Assembly: GCA_025358705.1 (NCBI GenBank)
Contig: JANYII010000073.1
Span: forward strand, 1-45,258
Source: Betaproteobacteria bacterium
Lineage (GTDB): Bacteria > Pseudomonadota > Gammaproteobacteria > Burkholderiales > SG8-39
DNA length: 45,258 nt
Direction: 5' to 3'
Shown in pieces: positions 1-9,560 of this stretch (position 1 is the first letter of the stretch; each line of letters starts with the position of its first letter). A model generated the notes under the pieces. It was given only the letters and a program-made list of their open reading frames with translations. It was not told the origin of the DNA and made no database searches. A program made the position numbers and the translations under genes.

Positions 1-763
1 CGCAGCTCGCTTGCAGGCGGCGGGATTCGAGGTGCTGGGATACGACGTCTCGCCGGAAGCCATGCGCGCGTTCGAAGGCACGGCGACGCCGGCGGCGATG
101 CAGGCAAAGCGGATCGTCCTCGCCGTCTTCGATACCGCCGACGTGGAGCGGGTCGTGAGCGAGTCGAGCGCATCGTTGTACATCGACTGCACGACGGGAG
201 ACCCGGCGCGCATCGAAGTGCTGGCGCGCGGCCTCGCGGCGAGGAACGTGGAATTTGTCGAGGCGCCGCTTGCTGGCTCGAGCGAAGCCATACGGCGTGG
301 CGAGGCGACCATGTTCGTCGGCGGAGACGGCGCGGGATGCGAGGACCTGCTGGCCGCGATCAGCGCCCGACGAATCGCGGTCGGACCTGTCGGCATGGCA
401 TCACGCGCCAAGCTCGCGATCAATCTTGTGCTGGGACTGGACCGCGCGGCGCTTGCGGAAGGCATGGCGTTTGCAGAGGCGATTGGCATCGAACGGTGGC
501 AGTTTCTCGAACTCTATCGGGCGTCCCCCGCCGCTTCCGCGGCGTCGCTCGCCAAGGGCGAAAAGATGGTGAGTGGAGACTTCGCCCCCGAATCGCGCAT
601 CCGGCAGCACTTGAAGGACGTGGAGCACATCCGGCGCTACGCGCGCGTCGCGCTTCCTTTGACGGTGGCGCATGAGAAATTGCTCGCTGATTCGGTCAAC
701 GCCGGCGATGGAGAACAGGACAACGCGGCGATCATTCTTCAATACATGAGGAATCGAAAATAA
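1..763 (+). CDS. NAD-binding 3-hydroxyisobutyrate / 6-phosphogluconate dehydrogenase-family oxidoreductase; 5' end cut by the window edge
   Basis: The frame is open from nt 2. The Rossmann GxGxxG N-terminus is missing, so the start lies upstream. The C-terminal helical domain (SRAKLAINLVLG, RQHLKDVEH) is typical of the HIBADH family. Stop is TAA at 761-763. Confidence 0.65.
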   Translation, partial: AARLQAAGFEVLGYDVSPEAMRAFEGTATPAAMQAKRIVLAVFDTADVERVVSESSASLYIDCTTGDPARIEVLARGLAARNVEFVEAPLAGSSEAIRRGEATMFVGGDGAGCEDLLAAISARRIAVGPVGMASRAKLAINLVLGLDRAALAEGMAFAEAIGIERWQFLELYRASPAASAASLAKGEKMVSGDFAPESRIRQHLKDVEHIRRYARVALPLTVAHEKLLADSVNAGDGEQDNAAIILQYMRNRK

Positions 764-768
764 AAATC

Positions 769-1725
769 ATGCCCTTGCTGCGATTGTCGATTTCTGCCGT
801 GCTGATCGGCCTCAGCGCCGGCGCGATGGCGCAGGCCTATCCCGGTAAACCGGTCAGCGTGATCATTCCATTTCCGCCAGGCGGAACCCTGGATTTTGTC
901 GGTCGCCTGCTAGCGCAGAAGCTCTCGGAGCAGATGGGGCAGAATTTCGTCGTCGAGAACCGTCCCGGCGGCAATGGAACCATCGGCGGCAGTGCGGTGG
1001 CAAAGGCGCAGCCCAACGGCTACACGCTGCTCTTCAACGCCTCGACGTTCACCACCGCGCCGATGACGATGAGCGCGCCACCTTACGACGTGGTCAGGGA
1101 CTTCGAGCAGGTCGCGCTGGTTGCACTCGCGCCGCTGGCCGTCGCAATCAGGAAGGACCTTGCGGCCACGGATGTAAGGAGTTTGATCGCCTATGGCAAA
1201 GCCAATCCCGGCAAGCTGACTTTTGCCATCGGATCCACAGGTTCGGCGGGCCACCTGGCCACGGAGCTTCTCAGGCGCGCGAGCGGCATCGAGTACCTGA
1301 TCGTGCCCTACAAGGGGACTGCGCCCGCTTTCCAGGACCTGGTCGGCGGAAGAATCGACGGCTTCATCGACCCGATCCTCGGGTCCGCCTCGTTTGCCAA
1401 GGCAGGACAGCTTAAGGTCATCGCGGTGACTTCCAAGGTCCGGGTGCAGGCCCTGCCGGATGTTCCCACCGTCGGCGAATCCATCCCGGGCTACGAGGCC
1501 TATAGCTGGTATGGCTTGTGGGGTCCGGCGAAGCTGCCCGGCGATATCGCGCAGCGCCTGAACGCGGAGGTCAACAAGGCATTGGCGACCGACATGCGCG
1601 ACAAGCTCATTCCGCAGGGCCTGCTGCTTACGCCGGGTTCCATCGAGGACTTTGCGCGCTTCCAGAAGGAAGACATGGCGCGCTCGGCGAAAATCATCGC
1701 CGATGGAAAGATCCGTGCCGAATGA
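769..1725 (+). CDS. Bug/TctC-family periplasmic solute-binding protein (tripartite tricarboxylate transporter receptor family)
   Basis: 318 aa. Signal peptide ends AMA-QAYPGKPV. Carries the hallmark N-terminal motif IIPFPPGGTLD. Length and the C-terminal lysine/acidic tail are typical of Bug proteins. Confidence 0.9.
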   Translation: MPLLRLSISAVLIGLSAGAMAQAYPGKPVSVIIPFPPGGTLDFVGRLLAQKLSEQMGQNFVVENRPGGNGTIGGSAVAKAQPNGYTLLFNASTFTTAPMTMSAPPYDVVRDFEQVALVALAPLAVAIRKDLAATDVRSLIAYGKANPGKLTFAIGSTGSAGHLATELLRRASGIEYLIVPYKGTAPAFQDLVGGRIDGFIDPILGSASFAKAGQLKVIAVTSKVRVQALPDVPTVGESIPGYEAYSWYGLWGPAKLPGDIAQRLNAEVNKALATDMRDKLIPQGLLLTPGSIEDFARFQKEDMARSAKIIADGKIRAE

Positions 1726-2410
1726 TCGTCGAGCAGTAGTTACGGGCACCAGCGCCGGCATCGGCCAGGCCGTTGCCCGGGTGCTGCTGGATCAGGGCTG
1801 GCAGGTTACGGGATTCGACGCCGCCGCCGCGAGCATTGTTCACCCCGGATTTGACGCGGTATGCGTGGACCTTTGCGATGGTGCTGCGACAGAGGTAGCG
1901 GCGGCCCGGGCGACCGGCGCGCAGGCATTGATCCATGCGGCCGGCGTATTGCGCGTCGGAAAGCTCGGCAGCCAGAGCGCGGCGGAAGGCGAAAAGATGT
2001 GGCGCGTTCACGTCGATTCGGTGGCGCGCATCGGCAACATCCTGATCCCGGCGATGGCGGCTCGCGGCGCGGGCCGCGTGGTGTTGATCGGCAGCCGCGT
2101 CGCGCGCGGCAAGGCCGGGCGCAGCCAGTACGCCGCCACCAAAGCCGCGCTGATCGCGATGGCGCGAAGCTGGGCGGCGGAGGTCGTGGCTGCCGGCGTG
2201 ACCATCAACGTGGTTTCGCCAGCGGCGACGCAAACCGCCATGCTGGAGGATCCCGCGCGCGGGTCGGAATCGCCGCGCATTCCTCCGATCGGTCGGTACA
2301 TCCGGCCCGACGAGATCGCGGCCCTTGTCAGTTACCTGCTTTCCCCCGCGGCTGCCGCGATTACGGGGCAGGATATTCAGATTTGCGGCGGAGCTTCCCT
2401 GCCGCGCTAG
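1703..2410 (+). CDS. Short-chain dehydrogenase/reductase (SDR) family oxidoreductase
   Basis: TGTSAGIG cofactor motif near the N-terminus and a YAATKAAL (YxxxK) catalytic motif. The track start at 1652 overlaps the Bug gene by 74 nt; the in-frame ATG at 1703 gives a normal SDR N-terminus. Confidence 0.85.
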   Translation: MERSVPNDRRAVVTGTSAGIGQAVARVLLDQGWQVTGFDAAAASIVHPGFDAVCVDLCDGAATEVAAARATGAQALIHAAGVLRVGKLGSQSAAEGEKMWRVHVDSVARIGNILIPAMAARGAGRVVLIGSRVARGKAGRSQYAATKAALIAMARSWAAEVVAAGVTINVVSPAATQTAMLEDPARGSESPRIPPIGRYIRPDEIAALVSYLLSPAAAAITGQDIQICGGASLPR

Positions 2411-2440
2411 GCAGTGGCCACAAAAAGGATACGGGACAAT

Positions 2441-3604
2441 ATGAAACGCGACGCTGTACTGACGATTGACTTGCCTGCGGAAAACGGCAAGCGGGAGATC
2501 TACCAGGTCAGGGCACCAAAGGAATTCAAGAAGCCCTCGCGCCCGTTCACGCGTATCGCCTACGCCGCCGCGCATGTCGTTGCGGACCCGCTGTCCGCGA
2601 AGGATCCATGGCTGGAGGCGGCGATTGATTGGGACGCGACGATCGCCTACCGCAGGCACCTCTCGTCCTGGGGTTTTGGCATCGCCGAAGCGATGGACAC
2701 GGCGCAGCGCGGCATGGGGCTGGATTGGACGAATTCTCTCGAACTGATTCGCCGGACCCTCGAGTCAGTGCCTGAGGCAGTCGTAGCCTCCGGGGCGGGC
2801 ACTGATCATCTGTCCCATGGGGAAAAGCATTCGATAGAAAAAATACAACAAGCGTACGAAGAGCAGTGCGCGGCGATCGAAAAACTCGGCGGCCGCATCA
2901 TCCTGATGGCCAGCCGCGCGCTGGCCGCGAGCGCGAAATCGCCGGAAGATTACGCGAAGGTCTACCACCGCATTCTCGGGCAGGTGAAGCAGCCGGTGAT
3001 CATTCACTGGCTGGGCGAGATGTTCGACCCGGCGCTGGCGGGCTATTGGGGAAAGAAGGATCACTACGGAGCGATGGATGTTTGTTTGGACGTTCTCTCC
3101 CGAAATTCCTCGAAGGTTGATGGCATAAAGATCTCCCTGCTCGACAAGGACAAGGAAATCGCCATGCGCCGCATGCTGCCGAAAGGCGTGCGCATGTACA
3201 CCGGCGACGATTTCAATTTTGCCGAATTGATCGAGGGCGATGCTCAGGGCTACTCGGACGCGTTACTCGGCATCTTCGACTCGATCGCGCCCGCGGCGTC
3301 ACAGGCCTTGACTTATCTTTCGGAGAAAAATCCCCAGGGCTATCACGAGGTCCTGTCTCCTACCGTTCCCCTGTCGCGCCATATCTTCCGGTCACCCACG
3401 CGGTTCTACAAGACCGGCGTCGTGTTCATGGCCTGGCTGAACGGCCACCAGGACCATTTCGTCATGGTGGGTGGGCAGCAGAGCGCGCGCAATGCGCTGC
3501 ACTTCGCCGAACTCTTCCGCCTCGCGGACGCCGCCGGCCTGCTGCAGGATCCCGAACTCGCCTGTCGACGGATGAAGCATCTGCTCTCGGTGCATGGAAT
3601 TTAG
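2441..3604 (+). CDS. DUF993-family protein (DapA-like TIM-barrel fold, function unknown)
   Basis: Coding quality is clear (GC3-rich, no internal stops). The family call comes from recalled similarity to DUF993 proteins that co-occur with xylose-isomerase-like TIM-barrel genes. ATG 2441 is preceded by AAGGA; GTG 2414 is an alternative start. Confidence 0.55.
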   Translation: MKRDAVLTIDLPAENGKREIYQVRAPKEFKKPSRPFTRIAYAAAHVVADPLSAKDPWLEAAIDWDATIAYRRHLSSWGFGIAEAMDTAQRGMGLDWTNSLELIRRTLESVPEAVVASGAGTDHLSHGEKHSIEKIQQAYEEQCAAIEKLGGRIILMASRALAASAKSPEDYAKVYHRILGQVKQPVIIHWLGEMFDPALAGYWGKKDHYGAMDVCLDVLSRNSSKVDGIKISLLDKDKEIAMRRMLPKGVRMYTGDDFNFAELIEGDAQGYSDALLGIFDSIAPAASQALTYLSEKNPQGYHEVLSPTVPLSRHIFRSPTRFYKTGVVFMAWLNGHQDHFVMVGGQQSARNALHFAELFRLADAAGLLQDPELACRRMKHLLSVHGI

Positions 3605-4433
3605 AAAGCTGAGCGAAGGATTCGGCGCCGAGGTGCACGGCGTGGATTTGCGCGACGGAAAAATATTCGAGAAGCTGAAAAAGGCTTTTTTTCAGCATCA
3701 GGTCCTGATGCTGCGCGGCCAGAAGCTGACGGCATCAGAGTACCTGCAGTTCGCGCGCCGCCTCGGCCCGCCCGAGCCGCACGTCATCGACCAGTTCCAC
3801 CATCCCGAGCACGCCGACATCCTGATCCTGTCGAACGTGACGAAGAACGGCCAGCCGACCGGGCTCGCGGACGCCGGCACCTACTTCCACACCGACTATT
3901 CGTATCTCGAGGTGCCTGCGCGCGCGACCATGCTCTATTCGATCCAAGTGCCGAAAAAGGGCGGCGATACGTTGTTTGCGAATCAATATGCCGCGTATGA
4001 GGATTTATCGAGAGAAGTAAAAGCAAAAATACAAAACCTTGTCGCACTGCATCATTACGGCAACCGCGACGACCAGGACAAAGGCTCGCGCACGGTTGCC
4101 TCGGTGCTTTCCGAGGACCAGGAAAGGAAGGTGACCTGGGTAAAGCACCGGGTCGCGCGCCCGCACCCCGTGACCGGCCGGACCGCGCTTTACTCGGTGT
4201 CGGGAAGTTCCTTCGGCATCGAGGGCATGCCCCAGGACGAGTCGGTCGCGCTGCTCGACGAGCTGAAGCGGCATTCGACGCAGGATAAGTACCAACTGCG
4301 CCTGAAATATGGCGTTGGCGATGTCGTAATCTGGGACAATGCTTCGCTGCTGCATTCGGCGACGCTGACTGATCCGGAGGATCCGCGCACGCTGTGGCGC
4401 ATAACCGTCAAAGAGGAGGGGAGACCATCATGA
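3594..4433 (+). CDS. TauD/TfdA-family Fe(II)/2-oxoglutarate-dependent dioxygenase
   Basis: HTDYSY (HxD iron ligands), the distal His in VIWDNASLLHSAT, and Arg in RTLWRITV. 279 aa. Overlaps the upstream gene by 11 nt. Confidence 0.85.
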   Translation: MEFRKLSEGFGAEVHGVDLRDGKIFEKLKKAFFQHQVLMLRGQKLTASEYLQFARRLGPPEPHVIDQFHHPEHADILILSNVTKNGQPTGLADAGTYFHTDYSYLEVPARATMLYSIQVPKKGGDTLFANQYAAYEDLSREVKAKIQNLVALHHYGNRDDQDKGSRTVASVLSEDQERKVTWVKHRVARPHPVTGRTALYSVSGSSFGIEGMPQDESVALLDELKRHSTQDKYQLRLKYGVGDVVIWDNASLLHSATLTDPEDPRTLWRITVKEEGRPS

Positions 4434-5404
4434 AGAAATACCTTGGTATCGCGCTTGGAATATTTTTTTCATTGAATTTGAATGCGCAAACAATAACGCT
4501 GCACGGCGCGGTGCAATTCGCCGACGACCACGCCTTCAACAAGGCGCTGCTCAAGTTCGAGGAGTTGGTGAAGAAGTACTACGGCAAGCCGATCAATTTC
4601 GTGCTCCACCGCAACAGCGAGCTCGGCCTGGAGAAGGACTACTTCGCGTACATGAACCAGGGCAAGGCCGTGGACTACGGCATCGTTTCCCCGGCGCACA
4701 TGTCGACTTTCGCCAAGGCGGCGCCGTTCATCGACGCGCCGTTCATCTTCCGCGACATCGCGCACTGGAACAAGGTGCTGGACGCCGACCTGCTCAAGCC
4801 CGTCGCGGATGAAGTCGCGGCCAAGGCCGAAGTGATGCTGATCGGCTACGCCGGCGGCGGCACGCGCAACATCTTCGTCAACAAGCCGGTACGTAATCTC
4901 GCCGAGATGAAGGGCCTCAAGGTCCGCGTGCAGGGCGCGCCGATCTGGAGCCGGAGCTTCGCCGCGATCGGCATGGCGCCGACCGTGATCGCCTACAACG
5001 AGATCTACAACGCGATCCAGAACGGCGTCATCTCCGCGGGCGAGAACGAAGCGGCGGGCGTCGAGGCAATGAAGTTCTACGAGGTCGGCCAGTACCTGTC
5101 GATCACCGAGCACGCCATCACCATCCGGCCGATCTGCTTCTCGGGCAAGACCTTCAAGAACCTGCCTGCCGACTTGCAGGCGGCGATCCTGAAGGCCGGC
5201 AAAGAGGCGGGCGCCTACGGCCGCCAGATCGAGTCCTCCGAGGATGCGCAGAAGCTGGACGCCCTGGAGAAGGCCGGCAAGCTCAAGCGCGTGCCGTTCA
5301 CGGATCGCGCGCAGATGAAGAGACTGGCCGACCCGGTGATGATCGAGTACGCCAAGGAAATCGGCGCCGACCAGATCTTCGCGAAGATCAACGCCATAAA
5401 GTAA
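4430..5404 (+). CDS. TRAP transporter substrate-binding protein (DctP type)
   Basis: ATGA overlap with the dioxygenase stop. GGAGGGGAG Shine-Dalgarno lies upstream. Signal peptide MKKYLGIALGIFFSLNLNAQ. DctP-like length and the downstream DctQ/DctM genes support the call. Confidence 0.9.
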   Translation: MKKYLGIALGIFFSLNLNAQTITLHGAVQFADDHAFNKALLKFEELVKKYYGKPINFVLHRNSELGLEKDYFAYMNQGKAVDYGIVSPAHMSTFAKAAPFIDAPFIFRDIAHWNKVLDADLLKPVADEVAAKAEVMLIGYAGGGTRNIFVNKPVRNLAEMKGLKVRVQGAPIWSRSFAAIGMAPTVIAYNEIYNAIQNGVISAGENEAAGVEAMKFYEVGQYLSITEHAITIRPICFSGKTFKNLPADLQAAILKAGKEAGAYGRQIESSEDAQKLDALEKAGKLKRVPFTDRAQMKRLADPVMIEYAKEIGADQIFAKINAIK

Positions 5405-5412
5405 CCGTCCAC

Positions 5413-5895
5413 GTGAAGCGTATTATCGGGTTCTACCATCAGCTGCTGACGTGGCTGATGGTGGGGACGGTCGCGGTCCTGATCGTCCCCGTCACGCTGC
5501 AGATCATCTCGCGCTACACCGCCCTCATCCCGTCCTGGATCTGGACCGAGGAGCTGTCCAGGTTCCTCTTCATCTGGATGGTGATGCTGGGCGCCATGAT
5601 CGGCGTGCGCGAGAGCACGCACTTCGAGGTCGACGTCTGGCCTGACCTGAAGCCGAAGGCCACGGCGCTGCTGCGCATCGTTTCCAACGTCTTCGTGCTG
5701 GTGTTCGCGCTGGTGTTCGTCTGGTGGGGTTTCGAGTTCCTGCGTTTCGGCTGGAACCAGAATTCCGAGCTGGCCGAGCTGCCGATGGGGTTCATCTTCG
5801 CGGCCTGGCCGGTCGCGGGCCTCACCTGGCTCCTGTTCCTCGGCGAATCGTTGCTCGACAATTTCCGCATCCTGACTTCGAAGTCTGCGGCGTGA
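5413..5895 (+). CDS. TRAP transporter small permease (DctQ type)
   Basis: 160 aa with four hydrophobic helices. Sits between the DctP and DctM genes. GTG start. Confidence 0.85.
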   Translation: MKRIIGFYHQLLTWLMVGTVAVLIVPVTLQIISRYTALIPSWIWTEELSRFLFIWMVMLGAMIGVRESTHFEVDVWPDLKPKATALLRIVSNVFVLVFALVFVWWGFEFLRFGWNQNSELAELPMGFIFAAWPVAGLTWLLFLGESLLDNFRILTSKSAA

Positions 5896-7211
5896 CCGCC
5901 GTCGCCCTTACGCCCGGCATGGCGGCGCTCGCGCTGTTCGGCGCCTTCTTTGTGCTGCTGGTGGCGCGCGTGCCGGTCGCCTTCGCGCTCGGCCTCGCCT
6001 GCCTGCCGATCCTGTTGATCGAGCCACGCCTGTCGCCGATGATGCTGTTCAACGAGACCTTCAAGGCCTACAACTCCTTCATCCTGCTGGCGGTGCCGTT
6101 TTTCCTTCTGACCGCCAACCTCATGAACATCGGCGGCATCACCGAACGCATGGTGCGCCTGTCGCGCACCATGGTGGGCAATTTTCCCGGCGCGCTGGCG
6201 CAGATAAACGTGTTGTTGTCTGTTTTTTTTGCCGGCATCTCGGGTTCCTCCACTGCGGACGCGGCCAGCCAGTCGAAGATCTTCATCGAGGCGCAGGTGA
6301 AGGAGGGCTATGGCCTGTCGTTCTCGATCGCGATTACTGCCGTGTCGGCGGTGCTCGCTGTCATCATCCCGCCCTCGATCCTGATGATCGTCTGGGGCGG
6401 CGTGATCTCGACTTCGATCGGCGCCATGTACCTTGCCGGCATCATTCCCGGCCTGCTGATCGCGCTGGCGCAGATGGCCACGGTGCACGTCTACGCGAAA
6501 ATCTACAATTACCCGGTCTATCCGCGCGCGACGCTCAGGGAATTTTTCCAGTCCGCATGGGATTCTCTGCCGGCGCTGTTCACGCCCTTCATCATCGTCG
6601 GCGGCATCCTGCTCGGCTGGTTTACCGCCACCGAGTCGGCCGCGATCGCCGTTCTCTATGCGGCCGGGCTGTCGATCTTCGTCTATCGAGAGATGGACAT
6701 GAAGCAGCTCTACAACGCGCTTTCCGAGACCGGGAAGCTATCGGCGGTGGCGCTGTTCTGCGTCGGCACCGCATCGGCCTTCGGCTGGCTGCTCGCCTAC
6801 TACCAGATCCCGAAGGCGTTGCTGGCGAATGTCAGCACCTGGGGCATGGGCATCACCGGCGTCGGCTTCTTCATCGCCTTCTGCTTCCTGGTTGTCGGCT
6901 GCTTCCTCGATGCGATTCCCGCGATCATCATCGTCGGCACCATCCTGCAGCCGCTTGCGGCATCGGTGAACATGCACCCGATCCATTTCGCCATCATCGG
7001 TATTGTCTCGCTCGCCTTCGGCCTGGTGACGCCGCCCTACGGCCTGTGCCTGATGATTTCCTGCGCGGTGGCCAAGGTGCCGCTCAAGTTCGCGCTGAAG
7101 GACACGCTGATCATGCTGGTGCCGATGCTGCTGATGCTGGCGGCGATCATCATCTTTCCCGAGATCCCGCTGATCCTGCCCAAGCTGGTGGCGCCAGAGC
7201 TCCTGAAGTGA
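5892..7211 (+). CDS. TRAP transporter large permease (DctM type)
   Basis: GTGA overlap with the dctQ stop. About 439 aa polytopic membrane protein with a DctM-like N-terminus (ALFGAFFVLLVARVPVAFALGLA). The upstream part of the 5724 ORF overlaps dctQ out of frame and was discarded. Confidence 0.9.
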   Translation: MTAVALTPGMAALALFGAFFVLLVARVPVAFALGLACLPILLIEPRLSPMMLFNETFKAYNSFILLAVPFFLLTANLMNIGGITERMVRLSRTMVGNFPGALAQINVLLSVFFAGISGSSTADAASQSKIFIEAQVKEGYGLSFSIAITAVSAVLAVIIPPSILMIVWGGVISTSIGAMYLAGIIPGLLIALAQMATVHVYAKIYNYPVYPRATLREFFQSAWDSLPALFTPFIIVGGILLGWFTATESAAIAVLYAAGLSIFVYREMDMKQLYNALSETGKLSAVALFCVGTASAFGWLLAYYQIPKALLANVSTWGMGITGVGFFIAFCFLVVGCFLDAIPAIIIVGTILQPLAASVNMHPIHFAIIGIVSLAFGLVTPPYGLCLMISCAVAKVPLKFALKDTLIMLVPMLLMLAAIIIFPEIPLILPKLVAPELLK

Positions 7212-8020
7212 AGCCGCCCGATCCATCGCTGCTGTCGCTAAATACCGCGACGGTCAAGGCGCGCTGGAACCTGGCGCAGGCCATAGAAGGCTGCGCGCGC
7301 CACGGCATCCGCGGCATCGCGCCCTGGCGCGACAAGCTTGCGGAGCTCGGGCTCAAGAAGGCGGTTTCCCTGATACGGAGCCATGACCTGTCCGTGACGG
7401 GGCTCTGCCGCGGCGGCTTCTTTACCGCGAAGGATTGGCTGGACGACAACCGGCGCGCCATTGAGGAAGCGCACGCGCTGGAAGCCGATTGCCTGGTACT
7501 GGTTGTGGGTGGTCTGCCTGAAGGTTCCAAAGATTTGATTAAAGCCAGAGAAAGAATCAAAGAATCTATTTCAATGATTCTTCCTGAGGCGCGCGCCGCC
7601 GGCGTGCCGCTCGCCATCGAGCCGCTGCACCCGATGCAGGCGGCGGACCGCGCCTGCATCAACACACTGGAGCAGGCGCTGGACGTCTGCGATGCGCTAG
7701 GAGAAGGCGTCGGCGTCGCGGTCGACGTCTATCACGTCTGGTGGGACCCGAAGCTCGAGGAGCAGATCAGGCGCGCGGGCAGGAAGCGCATCCTCGGTTA
7801 TCACATCTGCGACTGGCTGGTGCCGACGCGCGACCTGGCGTTTGATCGCGGCATGATGGGCGATGGGGTCATTGAATTGAAAAAAGTCAGAAGCTGGATT
7901 GAAGCCGCCGGATACCCGGGCTTCCATGAAGTCGAGATCTTTTCCGAGCGCGACTGGTGGCAGCGCGACCCGGACGAGGTCATGCGCACGATGAAGGAGC
8001 GCCACCTGAGCGCGAGCTAG
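7208..8020 (+). CDS. Sugar phosphate isomerase/epimerase (xylose-isomerase-like TIM barrel) family protein
   Basis: GTGA overlap with the dctM stop. 270 aa. Family-typical segments LSLNTATV, LVLVVGG, LAIEPLHP and VDVYHVWWD. The N-terminal 217 codons of the 6557 ORF are an out-of-frame shadow of dctM. Confidence 0.85.
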   Translation: MKPPDPSLLSLNTATVKARWNLAQAIEGCARHGIRGIAPWRDKLAELGLKKAVSLIRSHDLSVTGLCRGGFFTAKDWLDDNRRAIEEAHALEADCLVLVVGGLPEGSKDLIKARERIKESISMILPEARAAGVPLAIEPLHPMQAADRACINTLEQALDVCDALGEGVGVAVDVYHVWWDPKLEEQIRRAGRKRILGYHICDWLVPTRDLAFDRGMMGDGVIELKKVRSWIEAAGYPGFHEVEIFSERDWWQRDPDEVMRTMKERHLSAS

Positions 8021-8024
8021 CCGT

Positions 8025-9545
8025 TCAGCGCTTGACGCGGATCAGCAGCACCAGCGGCAGCACGACGAGCGAAGTCGCGATGAAGAACACGAACGCGTCC
8101 AGGTAGCCGATCATCGCCGCCTGGCGCGCCATCTCGCGTGAGAACCCGGCCAGGCCGCGCAAATCCTCAAGGTTCCATGCACCGCCTATCCACGGCATCG
8201 AAGCCGATGCGCTGTAAGGCGTGACGCGCTCGGCCAGCTCGGCGTAGCCGGTGCGCGCCATGTGCACCGCGAGGGCGATGCTGAGCGAGATGTGCACGCT
8301 CGAGCCGAAGTTGCGCACCATGTGGAACACCGCCGATCCCTCGGAGACAAGCTCGGGGACGAGCGTGGAGAAGCTCACCATGGTGATCGGCACCCACAGC
8401 ACGCCGACACCCAGGCCCTGCAGCGCCATCGGCCAGAACACGTCCGCGGTGCTCGGGTTCATGTCCAGCTGCGTGAACTGCCAGCCGGCGATCGCCTGCA
8501 GCAGGAAGCCGAGCACGATCATGGCGCGCGGATCCAGGCGGCTGGCGAAGACCATGAGGAAGAACCCGGTCATGGTGCCCAGGCCGCGCGCGCCCAGCAC
8601 GAAGCCGATCACGGAGTCCGGGTAGCCGCTCACGCTCTGCAGCAACGGCGGCATTATCGTCATCGGCGTGATGTTGAGCATGCCGAAGACGAAGACCAGC
8701 ACGACGCCGATGCTGAAATTGCGGTCGGCAATCAGGCGCGGGTCGAGAAAAGGTCGCCGGGCGGTCGCGCTGTGCGCGATGAAGGCGTAAAGGGCGACGC
8801 CGGCGAGCGCGGCCCAGGTGACGATCTCGGCGGAGTCGAACCAGTCGGCCCGCTCGCCGCGGTCCAGCATCAACTGCGTGCTGGCGAGCGCCGCCGACAG
8901 CAACAGGAAGCCGAGCCAGTCGAGCCGCAGCTTGCTGCCCGCCTCGCGATCGTGGATGAAGGCGAGCGAGCCGATGAGCGAGAGCACGGCGAACGGCACG
9001 ATCATGTAGAACACCCAGCGCCAGTTGTAGGTCTCGGCCAGCCAGCCGCCGAGCACCGGGCCGACCACCGGCCCCAGCACCGAGCCCACGCCGAACAGCG
9101 CGATCGCCGCGCCGTGGTGGCGCTTGGCATAGGTGTCGAGCACGATGGCCTGCGACAACGGCACCAGGGGCGCGCCGATCGCGCCCTGCAGCGCGCGGAA
9201 CAGCACCAGCTCGGTGAGCGAATCGGACAGCCCGCAGCCGAGCGAGGCGATGCCGAAGCCGAGCACGCAGGCGTTGCACAGCCGCCGGCGCCCGAAGCGC
9301 GAGGTGAGCCATCCGGTGAGCGGCGTCGTCACCGCGGTCGCCACGATGTTCGCGGTCACCACCCAGGCGATCTGGTCAGGAGACGCCGACAGCGCGCCCT
9401 GCATCTGCGGCAGCGAGACGTTGGCGATGGTGACTGTCATCGCGTAGAGAAAGGTCACCACGGTGCAGGTGGTCAGGATCAGCGCGCGCTCAAGCGCCGG
9501 GCCGGCCCCCTCGGCTTCGGAAAGCGGGATCGCCTGCGCGCTCAC
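8025..9545 (-). CDS. emrB: MFS drug:H+ antiporter, DHA2 (EmrB/QacA, 14-TMS) family
   Basis: 506 aa with about 14 hydrophobic segments. MFS motif region GWLTSRFGRRR. Lies directly downstream of an EmrA-like HlyD gene. Confidence 0.85.
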   Translation of the reverse strand: MSAQAIPLSEAEGAGPALERALILTTCTVVTFLYAMTVTIANVSLPQMQGALSASPDQIAWVVTANIVATAVTTPLTGWLTSRFGRRRLCNACVLGFGIASLGCGLSDSLTELVLFRALQGAIGAPLVPLSQAIVLDTYAKRHHGAAIALFGVGSVLGPVVGPVLGGWLAETYNWRWVFYMIVPFAVLSLIGSLAFIHDREAGSKLRLDWLGFLLLSAALASTQLMLDRGERADWFDSAEIVTWAALAGVALYAFIAHSATARRPFLDPRLIADRNFSIGVVLVFVFGMLNITPMTIMPPLLQSVSGYPDSVIGFVLGARGLGTMTGFFLMVFASRLDPRAMIVLGFLLQAIAGWQFTQLDMNPSTADVFWPMALQGLGVGVLWVPITMVSFSTLVPELVSEGSAVFHMVRNFGSSVHISLSIALAVHMARTGYAELAERVTPYSASASMPWIGGAWNLEDLRGLAGFSREMARQAAMIGYLDAFVFFIATSLVVLPLVLLIRVKR

Positions 9546-9560
9546 GCCGCCCCGGCCTCT

